Part shown: positions 1-12,700 of the stretch, in pieces | Layout: the number at the start of each line of letters is the position of its first letter | Numbering within the stretch: the stretch's first letter is position 1 | Source of the DNA: Lama guanicoe | Taxonomy: Eukaryota | Reading direction: 5' to 3' | Assembly: GCA_013239625.1 (NCBI GenBank) | Contig: MU053444.1 | Location: 327,822-391,821, forward strand | DNA length: 64,000 nucleotides | Notes under the pieces: generated by a model | Told to the model about the DNA's origin: nothing | The model's input: only the letters and a program-made list of their open reading frames with translations | Database searches by the model: none | Translations under genes and position numbers: made by a program

Positions 1-422
1 CCACACCCAGATTTATGTAGTACTTGTGGAATATCTTCGGAGTAAAAGGGACTGTACTTTTAAAGACTTTATGATTTATAACATGAACAACCCGCACAGG
101 GTCACAAATGGAACTGCCTCACAAATGACAGAAGACAGGTGAGAGTCATATAGCAACAGGTCACAAAGATGGTATGAGCATAGTTGATTCTCCAAACCCC
201 CAAAAATTCCTCAAAGAACTAAAAACTCTTAATTTTGGAAGTAAAATACTATCATGTAAAGAAAAGATAAATAATCATCTTCATCAGGGTTTCAAGATCT
301 GACTCCAGAAGTTTTAGCAGGCCATACTGAATCTTAGCACAAATAAATCAGATGGAATAGTGGTGAGTAAGTTTCAGAAAAACTGCGGTAATTCCTCCAC
401 TTGTAAGTGGACATACACTCAC

Positions 423-543
423 CTGCCGAAAGTGCATGTAAACCGCATTCTGGAGAAATTCAGAAGCTTCCAGGCTGCGCTTCTGGATGGCAAGGACACG
501 GACAGCTTCGAAGCTTGCTTCAGAGTCACCGGCATTCTTACAC
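423..543 (-). pseudogene. TRAPPC9: TRAPPC9 pseudo-exon 7
   Basis: Within ORF 348..791(-): [40 protein letters not shown] versus human [42 protein letters not shown]. Donor CAG|GTGAGT at 422. Confidence 0.92.
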
Positions 544-1694
544 CTCAGGAGGAAACGGAGGCTCTCAGTCATGAGCAGAGATGTTCCTGTCGTGTCTAAC
601 AGGCCATGCCTCAGGGACTCGGTGCCCTGCAGCAGCCCGGCACCAGGCGAGGACCCGCAGTGGCCCACCCAAGCAGGAGGAGCTCTGTGCTTGAGAAAGC
701 CCATCCCCGATGGGGGCAAGAGGGGCTGGTGGGGTTGAGTGAACCTATAAATTCTCACAGAATTACACCTGCATACATTCAAGTGATACAATTAACAGTA
801 GCAGGCTATTTAACAAAATTTCAATTGTCAGTGGAAATTTTACCATTCCTTTCCGCTTGTCCCCTGCACTCTGAGACAGGCTTAGGCTCTCTCACACCTG
901 CAGGTCTGATGCAATAGTTGTGAAGTCAATTGCTGCAAGTCGGTCCCCGTGTCGCTGTGAATGTCCTTCCTAACACACTCAGATGTCTTCCTGGATCTCT
1001 TCCTGAGTTCCTTGCTCCTGTTCCTCAGCTCCAAAGATAAAGGACAAGTGAAGACACATGACCAGAAAAGGCACTGTGGACTTGAACAAAGTCCTATGTG
1101 ACCCCATAGGTGAGTACTGCCCACCCCTTAATTTCGATTCTCAAGGTTCTGTCCAGGGTGACGTCCAGACAGCAGAGAGTCCTGGGTAATTAAAGGCTGT
1201 GTGTCTTGCGCGCAGGGACAGGTGCAGGAGCTGGTCCTGTAACCAGGCCCACCCCACCCCTGCTTCTCTTTCTCCGGAGGCCCCTCTGCCAAGCCCCCAG
1301 GCTCCCTGATATTCTGTCCTTCTCTTCTACTCTTCTCCAAGCCCTTTTCCTCTTCCTTTATTCCATAATAATCCCCAGCTGGAGTGATTTTTCAATCACA
1401 GTATCTGAACAATTTTCCTGCAGCTGAAAAAGAGGTCTCCAGAGGTCAATGCCCATATGCTGGTTCCTGAATAGAGCCCCTGGTTAGGGGGACCCTCACC
1501 AACACTCACGGGGCATCAGGCATGTTGCAGGGTCGACCAACCCCAACAAGACTTTGCTGTGACCCCAGGGCCCGCACAGCATCCCTGATCACAAAAATGT
1601 ATTTGGACAACGTATCCGTTATTAAGAAGCAAAAATAAAAAAAAAAATTCCCCATGTTTCTTAATAAAATTATTTATGAGGTGGAAAAAGAAAT

Positions 1695-2235
1695 TGTAAT
1701 AGAAAAGAACATATTTGACTCCATATTAGATGTGTTCCATTGGCTTTAAATCTGTGCCCTGTTTTCTAGGCTCAGACTTGCAAACTCTGGACCTTTTGTA
1801 AAAGAAAGTTGCCTTTAGCCTGAAATATCCAGGAGAGCCTATTCTCCCGGCTCTGATCTTTAAGGATGTTAGCTTTTCTGCACTTATATAGAGATGGCAA
1901 GTTGTAAAACAGAGAATAAACTTCGTTTATTTTTTGGAGGTTTTACAGGGGCACCATGATTTGACCCACATGAACAGCTGCAAGAACAAAGGATTCCAAG
2001 GACAAACAATTCGTACAGCAAGAAGTTTGCAACAACCAACCACATCCCCACCCCTTTTTAGTATAAAAAGAGACTGAATTCTGACTTGGGGCAGAGGGTT
2101 CTCCAGGATATCAGTATGCCATCTTCTGAGTCTGACAGCTTTTCAAATAAAGTCACTTTTCTTTGCTCCAACACCTCATCTCCTGATTTATTGGCCTCTC
2201 ATGCAGCAAGCAGAATGAGTTTGGACTTGGTAACA
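1695..2235 (+). mobile_element. Solo ERV LTR (ERV1-like), inside TRAPPC9 intron 6
   Basis: TG...CA termini, 4-bp target-site duplication AAAT (1691-1694 and 2236-2239), TATA-like gtataaaa ~2062, AATAAA ~2146. Homologous to the two copies at 37.9 and 39.1 kb. Confidence 0.88.
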
Positions 2236-3628
2236 AAATGACTGCATTGGTGGTAGTATGTCTCCACTGTTTTCTCATTTCCAATATGTCACAACCTATC
2301 AATTTTATATGCTGTTTAACAATATAACCAAAAAACCTATCTTAGGGAATTGATTCTATGGAAATAAAGTTATTTCTACTCCTTCAAACCTTTTTTTTTC
2401 TTTTCTGTTTTCTTTTGTTTTGCTTATTGAAAAGAATATAAATGTGAAATCATTATATTTCATGTATTTTTGTTACAGCTACATATTTTAAATACCACAG
2501 AAAGATTTCAATTGCATTAAAAATTGTTCATATATAATTATAAAGATATATACACAATGTGGATTTGGAAAGGAATGGATATTTACTAAAAATCCACTGC
2601 ACATCCAGTCTTTTACAAGCATATCCTAGAATATAAGCTCTAGAATCCAGGGGTCCCCCACCCTCTTTCTCCCCGTCGAGTGCCTTAGTAATCAACAACA
2701 AAGGCACCATCATAGAACCATGCGATCAGTATTTAAGGTATAAATGAGGGAATTAGCTCATTCAATTCTAAAACAAAAACCTTAAAATAAATACTGAAGT
2801 TTTTTACAGACAAAGAAATTTGTACACAAAAACGTAGTTTCTTCCCCAAGGTGTACTAAGCTAATAACTGGTAAAGGCCAGTTTTGAGCTCATCTGCCTG
2901 ATTCTAAAAACTAAGGTGGATATCACATTTGATTGTGGAGGGTCCAGCAGCACAGCCTATCACCCTATGTTTATTCAGATCTAGCCTTAGACAGCCTGAG
3001 ACAGCACCCCATTCCTATGGAAATTGACGGCTAATGATAACACAAAGGATTTTATATCCAGGAGTTTCTTAGGTCTCATTTATATAAAGTGTCAGCAGGT
3101 CAGCAGAAAAAACTCTGAGAAATATGAGTGGGTCCAGAGCTTTTTGCTGATTAGAAACTCTATTTATCAGGATAGAGTCACCTTCACATGAGAAGCCACA
3201 TGGACCTTAACTAAAGGCAGGTGAGCAATGAAAACTAGCAAGACCCTGGAAATCAAGCAAGAAGGATCCCTGCCAACCCCCACCAAGTTGCCTCTTCACC
3301 CGTGTGGACACCATGGCAGAAGTTCCAGGTTCTTGTCCAAGTTACACTATTATGGATTCTCACCCATAAACAGTTACGACTCTATGCTGTCTTAAGTCCT
3401 TCCCAACTCAAATATGATGACACCAATATCTCAGCAGAATATCTATGTCTCAACTTCCTCTCTTCTATTAGGAGAATAATTCTATGGCCACAAAGCAGAA
3501 ATCTAACTAAAATCACCATACACGAAGCCAGGTGAAATTCTGCGTAAGACACTTTGCTCTCACTGTCAGTGAATGAAAACTCAGAATAAGTGCTTCTTCT
3601 CCCTCAGTAAGTGGGAGGAAGCCTGATT

Positions 3629-3660
3629 GTGTGTGTGTGTGTGTGCGTGCGTGTGTGTGT
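3629..3660. repeat. Interrupted (GT)n microsatellite
   Basis: gtgtgtgtgtgtgtgtgcgtgcgtgtgtgtgt. Confidence 0.9.
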
Positions 3661-4649
3661 AAATAAAATACAATGAATTCTGGGATGTGTACAGATTTTT
3701 TTATGTTACTGTCCTTTCATGAGGATGAAACAACCTTTAAAGTAATTTGAATCTAGTGTTCTGAGACAGTCTCAGGCTCTTTTGGTGGAGAAGGGGAAAG
3801 CAAAGGAGGAAAGAAGTAAATGAAGCAAAGGAGTAAGAATACTGGTAGTGAAAGGGAAGACATTAATTTTGTTTCTATTTGCAACACACACAAATTAGGG
3901 ACTGGCTTTCCCCCGATGTCTTGTCGAGCACTGAGTTGCAGAAGAAGAGGTGACAGCCCATTTCTCGCTGAACTTGTGACAGTACATGGCATCTTATACA
4001 CACAAATCATTTACCCTGATCAAACATTCTAGCAGCAGGCCGTAATTCTCCTATTTTGAGAGATAAGAAAACAGGAGTTCAAAGCGGGTATATAACTTGA
4101 CAGAAGTCAGAGGACCAGTAAACAAGAGAGGATGAATTCAAACTCAGATCTAAATGCAGAGTCTGCTCTTCTCACTCCCGTGACTGGAAAATCCTTAACA
4201 GACAGGCTCCCCATCTCCCCTGCAGTGTTCCTGGCACCAAGATTTCCCATGGCGGTAGTCTCCAGTTCTCACAGACACAGCGCTCTGTGCAGCCAATGAC
4301 CTCCATCGGACCTTGTTCATCTACCTGCCACGCCCACCAGGCTTCACAATAATAGCAGAAAAGCTGGCTTTCAAGTGCATACAAAGCCATCCCTGGTCTT
4401 ACCTGGGCTATTCTGAGGCCTCTCCAGCCTAAAGGCAGCAATGAAACTGTTCAGAGTTTGTACATGAGCCACACTACCTCTCTCAATCTGTCTCCTCACC
4501 TATACTACTTAGCTATGGCCATCTTGATAATCTTGGGAACAAATTTTTAAAAACAGAAAAGAAAGTATTCTGGAACAAGTATTTAATACTTACAATCTTA
4601 AATAACAAGTTACAAAGTAAGTATTTACAAGCCGAATCTGCCTTACTAG

Positions 4650-7060
4650 GTGTCAGTTTAAACAGGTAAAAAATATAATAGCAAAAAATTCTCACTTACA
4701 AAATTAACTAAAACATAAACAATAATCTGGAATAAACTCAAAAATAATGCCCATGTTCTACATGGAGAAACTACAGAATTGTACTGAGGGGTAAAGTAAG
4801 AGATGTGAATGTAGAGACGTCAACATATTGCATGGAGGAAAGCAATTTTGTAAAGATGAATATTCTGCTAAAGATAATTCAAAACTTACTAAAAAATCCT
4901 ATGAAAACCCTTATCTGTATTTTGTTTTTTAACTTGAACAAGGTATTTTAGAATTCTTCAATTATGATAAAGTCATAATTCTAGCCAAGAAAACTTGGGA
5001 TGGAAAAAAAGAATCAAAAAAAATCACACTGTCAGATATTAAATAAATGTTTACAATATGTAAGATATAGCACTAGAGTAAGAAAGTAAGTAGGACAGAA
5101 ATAAACCATGAGCTCAAAAACAGACTCTAGTGTACATAAGTATTTTATACACGTGGGATTTCAGATCAAAGAGAAAAAATGAATTCAATAATTGTCCTGG
5201 GACAATCAGAGAATCACCTGGAAAGAACAAATTCTATTTCTGTCATAATGACAAGAAAAATTATAGATAGTGATGTAAATATTAAAAAGTACTAACAACA
5301 ACAAATACAGCTCTTTGCTCATATTAATTCATCTTCTCCTCACTCTAACGAGTACTATTATCATCTCCATCTTAGAGATTACAAAACCTACAGAAGAGAT
5401 TTGTACCATTATAAGAAAGTATTTCTAAGAATAATACGAAAACTAAAACCCAAAAAGAAGACACTTACTATCTTAATTATATTTTAGGCCACAACAAAAG
5501 TAAATCTACTGAACAAAATGAAAGGCAAGAAGTGACAAGAAAAGGCTGCATGATACATGTTGATGAAGACAAGGGGTTAATGTTCATTACATACGAAGAG
5601 CTGTCACAAAGCAACAAGAAGCTCCCTCACTTAAATGTGTGCAAAGGACAAAAGGGATCATTCACTTTTAAAAAGTCAGATGGCTCATAAGTGAAAAATG
5701 CTGAATACCTCACTGGTCATCAAATGCAAACTAAAACAATGAAAAAGTACTTTTGCTCATCATATTGGCAAATATTTTTAAAAGATATTCTAGCTAAGGT
5801 CCATCTGTGAGAGAACAAACTGTGAGTGATGTGTTTGGAGGACGACATTTCAATGGATATGTAAACTCTGAAAAACGTCTGTACACACAGACTTAACTCA
5901 ACTTCTAGGAATCATTTCATTTAGAAAAAAATCAGTTCAAAAAGATGTACTCATCAGAGCATTTACACAGCACTGCTTACAATGGTGGAAAGGAAAGCTG
6001 AAGTGAAATCATATCCAGCGATAGAGAATTGGTTAAATAAGTTATTCTACAGCTTTTCATTCCCCACTGGAGAAGCAATTTCTAGAGTCACTTGAAAGGA
6101 GCCTGTGATGAATGTAAATGTCACATCCAGGGACTAAATTTCCAGAAGCCTCAACTAAAGGAATACTCATACAAGATCACAGGAATGTTTGTACAAGAAG
6201 GATGCCAGTCAAACATCTTTTCTGACAGTGGAAAATGGAGAAAATTTAAGTGTCCACCATCAAGGAAATGATTCAGTAAATCACAGGAAGATGTGGGCTC
6301 TTAGGGGCCTGGCGATTCGGCGTGGTCCAGGGCCTTGTCCATATCACTCTCCCACCAAAGCTGTCCTTGCACAAGAGACCAAACCTGCACATCAGGAGAC
6401 CCCTCCATTCTATCTGAAAGGACCGGGTGAGTCTGGAGTGGGAGGACGTCTATGATATACCCCTGAGTGAATAAAGCGAGCTGCAGAAAACATATAGTTT
6501 GGTCTTATTTTTCAATAAAACATATATACACACACATATACATAGATTTCTCATATACGTGTACGTATGTTGGTATGTATGTATTTATGGGTATATATAT
6601 ATGTCATAGGCATAAAGGTCATGAAATACATACACCACATTGTCAACAGCTTTTACACTTAGGAAATAATGGGAAGGGATGTAGAGGCCTATCAGTACCA
6701 CCACAGTTCTCTTTTCAGTATTTCAGTAAAGTATACTTGGAATTTAAAAGTTTATTTAAGTCCGAAGTAAAATGGACGATGCCTCCACAAGACAGAATGC
6801 TATAGTGGTCATTAAAAATCATGCCAGGGGAGTTAGAATATTGCAGAAAAACATAAAAAGCTGAATGGAAAATGGAGGTCTCCACACAGTAAACAGGCAC
6901 AGAGTGATCGCTGGCTTTTATGACAGAGTTGATACACACTGACGAAAAGAACAGAAAATAGATGTTAAAGTGTTAATTACAATTTCTGAGTAGTGGGACC
7001 AGGATAGCCACTTTTGCCCCTTTTTTCAGACTTATTATATTAAACACACATTGTTTTTCA
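4650..7060 (+). mobile_element. Cluster of very old, fragmented LINE-1 (L1M-type) pieces
   Basis: A-rich decayed ORF2/3'UTR motifs (aaatgcaaactaaaacaatg, cagcactgcttacaatggtgg, ttggttaaataagtta). Boundaries approximate. Confidence 0.6.
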
Positions 7061-7226
7061 TCTGAAAAAAGCATTTTAAGATGTGTAGTACCACACTTTG
7101 GAGAAAATACACGATCACATACAGAAACAAGTAACTAGGAGACACCGCAGCACCGTCACGCAATGTAGACTGGGAGATCCTGATTAACACCGTGCAGTTA
7201 CATAAGGACCCACAAAGTGAGAGCAC

Positions 7227-7346
7227 CTGCTGTAACAGGACGTGGCCCCCTTCTATTTGTCAGTTGTGTCTTCAGGGCTGAGGCAGTTCTGAGCATGGCC
7301 AGTGTCAGTGCTGGTGTCTGGATGGATGCCATTGGAGGTGAGGCCC
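7227..7346 (-). pseudogene. TRAPPC9: TRAPPC9 pseudo-exon 6
   Basis: Reads [37 protein letters not shown] versus human [39 protein letters not shown]. TAG at 7255-7253; AG/GT borders present. Confidence 0.9.
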
Positions 7347-9744
7347 CTGCAAGCCAAGAGGAAGAACAGAAATCATTCTCTGCATTTTCTGTCTAGTTTT
7401 TGTTACTTTAAAACAGAGGCATAAATAAGATAAACTGTGAATCTTCCCTACTGAAATTTCGGTAATGAAACCATTCTTAAAATCTTCACAGCTTACATTC
7501 TGTCTATAACTGTCTTTTCAACATAGCATCATATTTATTAAATGTTAATTAACTCAGTTAATTAACTCCCCGTCGAAACCTTCTATTAAAGAATATGAAA
7601 TGCACTACGTAAAAGCACCATGCCTGTAGTGACTACCTTAGGTGTCTTCAAGAAAGTGCAGTCAGCACCCACCATCCCGTGGCCCTGAGCTCCTGTTGCT
7701 GCTAAGAGAGCACACTGCCGCCTCAGATGGAGAGAAACTGTGAAAGCATTCTCTGAAGTTTACAGCTCTGACAAAACATAACTGACAAATCCCAGGCTCC
7801 TAGGAGGCTGTCCTTTTCTGTTTCTGTCCAAACACTGTCAATGAGCAGAACCACCGCATTCCCGATCCATGGGACTCACATGGGAAGGAGTTTGGGAGAA
7901 ATTTCCAGGTATAAAATGTAACCAAGTGTATGTAGAACTCTGACAAAATAAAAGATGAAATACTCTGATTTTGGAAGAGACTCAAAATATTCTCCTAAGC
8001 CTTAGTAGCTGGAAAGGCTGGGCTTCTCCTAAGCCACTTATTTATTTCACAGCCAGTGAGCATCTCCCACAAACCCTGTTTCCCTTTGTCTGCTAGGAGC
8101 CCCAGGCACACTCCTGCTGTCCATCTTATAAGTAACAGGGCAGAGGTGTGTGTCTCACGCCTGTAACCCTCAAACAGGCTCGCATCCTAGCCTCACTGTC
8201 TGAACTTGGCCCCATTTTCTCACCTGTTTATTTGGTATCTGTTCTTCTGTAAGCTGCCTGAAGTGCTTCTTGGAACAAGTCAGAGGAATGAGTGTGTAGA
8301 GAAATGGACAGATGGACAGGTGAGAGATGGGAAGACACAGAGACTCCAAGAAAAGGGGAACAAAGAAAATTTCCTATGCAAAACCCTCTTCTATTCAGGG
8401 AAGAAAACCACCATGGAGAAGTGTGAAAAGGCAGGTAGCTTAGGGCTGTTTCCTGGATTCCATGAAAAGTCACACCAAGAGATGAGAGGGTAGAACTATA
8501 AATAATAAAAGAAAAAAAGCACTCATGCTTGAAAAATATATCTACAATATGTACTTTCTAAAGAATAGATTCAAATCAGAAGAGCCCAATTACACAATCA
8601 TTGGGTATTTATAGAGGTGAGAATCCCATCTCCAAACTACAAGGCATCCCTTTGGAGCACTGAGAGTCTACACGGGGCGGTCATAAAGCTGTCTCCGCAA
8701 ATCCATTCTATCCTGCACTTACGAGGAACGAGTAGCTGTGCTCGGGCTGCCCACTCGAGTCATTTACACCGCACAGCACCTCTACGGGGGAGGGACGCCT
8801 AGCGAGCCCCGTCTCTGCAGGACAGAAAACAAGTCCGGGAGAGGCTAAGCCGACCTACCAGTTCTCCATTTCACAGGACTGGTCACTCCAGAGCATGACT
8901 CAAACTCGAACCCATGTTTGTAACTACGGTACTACTGTGCTTTATGCGCTTTTTGTGTGTATATTTGTTTTCATCATGAAAGTATATTTAATAAATGTTC
9001 GGTTGTCTTGTCTATCTCATTAGCTCACAGTGATTATACTGTTGAATTGTACTCTTTTCCCCTGTTGAAAGGAACGGAAAGAGCAGGGGTCAGAATGAGG
9101 TGGGGCTTCATTCTTTATCTGGTACCTCATCTCATCCAAGTCCCCAACGAGGGAGAAGGAGCAAAATTTCTCTTCATCTTTTAAAGAGAGGGCTCCACTG
9201 ATGGTGACTTACTCAACTCCAAAACCAAGGCTGGGTCAGGGCACATGCGGCAACCAGAGCAGTATCACCTGTAGGAAGGCGGAAAGAGCTCATGGGAGGG
9301 CTCAGGGGGGTCAGCCTGATTTTATTTCAATTGATAAAAGAATAACACACTCTAAAAATACTAGCATGCAATGGATTTGCTCTTTCTTGTCATCTAGCAA
9401 GTTTCCACACCCCCATGTAACATTATCGTGAACCAGTGAAAGGAAGAGTCTACACACAGGGAAAATCAATGCCACAGGCAGGCTGAAAACCAGGCTGGAG
9501 GAAAGGAAGAGAAAGGGCATTGTTAAGAAGAGGGGAAAGGCTGGGAAAAAGACATCATCACAAGGACTCTCAAGCATCATTCAACAATCATATTTTCATT
9601 CATTCAAGAGAGAGTTACAGAGGTCCTATTTTGTGCAAGATTTTACAGAGGGCAAAGCAAGAGTGCAGCGTCCATGGTGGCAGCAAGTGTCGGGGCTCAA
9701 ATACACTTCAGATCCCGGTACCTGGCACACTATCCTCAGTATAA

Positions 9745-10165
9745 AGGCAAAGAAAAAACTAATGCTCAGTAAACTCAAAGCATTGTTGAAAAAAATTAAA
9801 GAAGACCTAAATACCTGGACAGACACACCACGCACATTCCCAGATCAGAATACAGCACTCTTGGAATGGCACTGCTCCCCAGAGCGATCCTTATATTCAA
9901 CGTGGTCTCGATCACAACCACAGCAGGCTCCTCTGCAGAAACTGACTTGTTGCTGCTACAGTTCATATGGGAATTCGAGGGTCTCAGTAACACAAACGTA
10001 CTTGAAAAAGAAGAACAATGTGAGAGGACTTGTAATTCTCAAATTCAAACCTTACAACTGTATCTCCAGGTGAGATTAGAGGCCATTTTTAACTTTTATT
10101 GTGTTTATCCTTATTTTCCAAATTCTCTACAATGAATATAATTGTTACTATAAGAAATATAAAAA
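9745..10165 (+). mobile_element. Old LINE-1 fragment
   Basis: ORF 9633..10073 contains LLKKIKEDLNTW, an L1 ORF2 motif, and aagaacaatgtgagaggacttg. Confidence 0.7.
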
Positions 10166-11649
10166 GTACGGTCTCTTTTAAAACATGGACACCGATTCAA
10201 TCATTGGGAAATAAATATTTTATCTATAAAGAGGTAAATAAATATCTAGTGAAAAAGGACTACTTAAAATAAAGAGTGCATTTACATTTATCATATATTG
10301 AAAACTGAAAAGTACAAACACATCGTTTATAGGGAGACCAATGCAAAATATTAGTTATTTTCAAAAATTCTAATTGAACAATGAAAACTCAAGAAAGGGA
10401 AAATCGTGATTGACAGCCAACTGCAAACAAATGTAGAGCAAAGGCCTAGAAATCACAGTTCCTTTAAATCTGCTACAAACTCAATAGGAGAGGAAATTCC
10501 TCACTGAGGGGACAGTGGAATTCCATGCATAAGACAGGATACACATTACAAACTGCAGTAGAATCGGGGGTGATTTCTTTAGAAGAATTCTAAAGTTACA
10601 ACATTGCTGGAAAACTATAAAAACACTGACAGACAGATTAAAACACACAGTCATATATATTATACAGAAACATATGAAGTCTGCTCCCATGTTGCATAGA
10701 AATACAAACAAATTTTTCATTTATGGGCACTGATTACTTTATCCCAGGTAGAATATTTCAACTAAAACAAATAATCAATAATACACTCCTCTTGTCAAAT
10801 AAAGTTCATAAGTTACTCTGCTATGTAAACATAATGTGTCTAAGATAAATCTTAAATTAGTGAAAAAGAGCTTTGTATGGTTCCTTGAACTCTACTCAAA
10901 ATTCCAAGCTTAATTTTAAAATAGATCTGAGCAGTATTTCTATATGATCTTTTCCCTCAAGAAATGAAAAACACAGTCTGTTGTCAAAATTCTGTCCTTA
11001 CAATGATTCACGAGCACCGTATCCTCACAAAACTGCTGGACAGCAAGGCACTATCCAGACACTGTGACCAAACAAATGAAACACAAGAAAGACAGTGACT
11101 GTATTCTGGAGGGCTTATAATCTGTGCCAACTCCGGGGGTTTATTTGATTGGTTTGAAAAATAAAATCACTCAAGTATTTTCTTCTTTGAGCATTCTGTA
11201 AATCATGACTCTGTTTTAGTGTCATGAGCAGGAAAGACTTAAGCATGAATGGATTAGGTCAACTAGCAACAATCATCACTCAAGAGTGAGTAGTAAAGAA
11301 GTAAACTGATAGAAATGCTTCTGCCTACATGAGACCTATAATAAACCTACAGTAATCTCTGCAAGGAAAATGAGGAGATGAGGTCCCCAATGAGAAAACA
11401 AACTAACAAGAAATCAAAAAAGGAAAGAGTTTTTCGTTAAAGATTTCAGGAAGGAGTGGAGCATGTTGGTGAAGAGCACAGATGTTGGGGGTAACATGAG
11501 GATCTGAACTCTACAGCACTGGGTAGCTGTGACAATGATATGTCAGTGAAATTTTCTGCACCTCAGTCTCCTATCCAAAGACTGGGGACAACAACAGCAC
11601 CCATCTCCTAGTATGGTCCTAAGAATTAAGTTATTTTATATATAAAAGT

Positions 11650-12700
11650 TTAAATAAAATACCTCAGATTTTAAATATTACCCCAAAAACACAAGGAACA
11701 AAGAAAACAGTGATAAAGTGGAATTCATCAAAATGTAAAACTTCGCTTCAAAGGACGCCATCCAGAAAGTGGAAAAAAAAACAGACAGGAGAAAATTTTT
11801 TCAAATCATTTATCTGATTAGGAATTTGTATCTTCAAATAAAAAAAAAAAACTCCTACAACTCAACAAAAGGGAACTCAATTAAAAAGTGAATAAAGGAT
11901 CTGAAAATGTATTTTTCAAAGAAAATATACAAATGGCCAATAAGCACAATCAAACGATGTGCAATATCATTAGCTGTAAAGGAAATCAAGTCAAAACCAC
12001 TAGGAGAAACCGCTTCACACTCACTACAATAGGTTATAATAAAAAAGAGAGTAACAAGCATTAATGAGGACACAGAGGAAGCGGAGCTCGCAGCCCTTGC
12101 TGGTGAGGATGTAACACAGTATGGCCACTTTGGAAAACAGCCTGGTAGGTTCTCAGAGAGTTAAACATTTGGTATGAATGACCCAGCAATTCTGCTCTCT
12201 CGGCACACATGGAAGAGAACTGAAAACAAGTGTCCACATAAAAACTCCTACAGGAATGTTCACGGCGCCATTACTCATCACAGCCAAAAAGCACAAACAA
12301 ACCAAATGCCTATCACCTGATGAATGTGTAAACAGTGGGGCCCAGCCATACAGTAGAATATAATTCAACAATAGCAAAGCATAGGGTACTGACCCAGGCC
12401 ACAACGTGGACAAATATTGAAAACGTTACTCAGTGTGAAAGAAGTCAGTCACAATAGACGGTTCCATTTACATGAAATGACTCGTTTTACATGAAATGTC
12501 CAGCACAGGCAAATCCAGAGAGAGAACAGTGGGTGCCTGGGGCTGGGGAAGGATGGGGAAGGTGGGAATGACTGCTTGTTCATACGGGGCTTCCTGTTGG
12601 GGGATGAAAATTTTCTAAGATTGAATGGAATGCACAATTCTGGGCACAGAGTAAAAACCGCTGTACATTTTAATGAGTGAATTGTATTAAAACTGTTAAG
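11650..12700 (+). mobile_element. Old LINE-1 (L1MB-like) 3' fragment
   Basis: Decayed ORF2 end and 3'UTR (atggccaataagcac...ccactttggaaaacag...gacccagcaattc...ttccatttacatgaaatgtcc). Confidence 0.85.

Noticed and set aside
898..1028. Exon-like segment LRNRSKELRKRSRKTSECVRKDIHSDTGTDLQQLTSQLLHQTC on the minus strand
   Set aside because: Does not match any TRAPPC9 exon I recall between exons 6 and 7, and the splice sites are weak; treated as chance.
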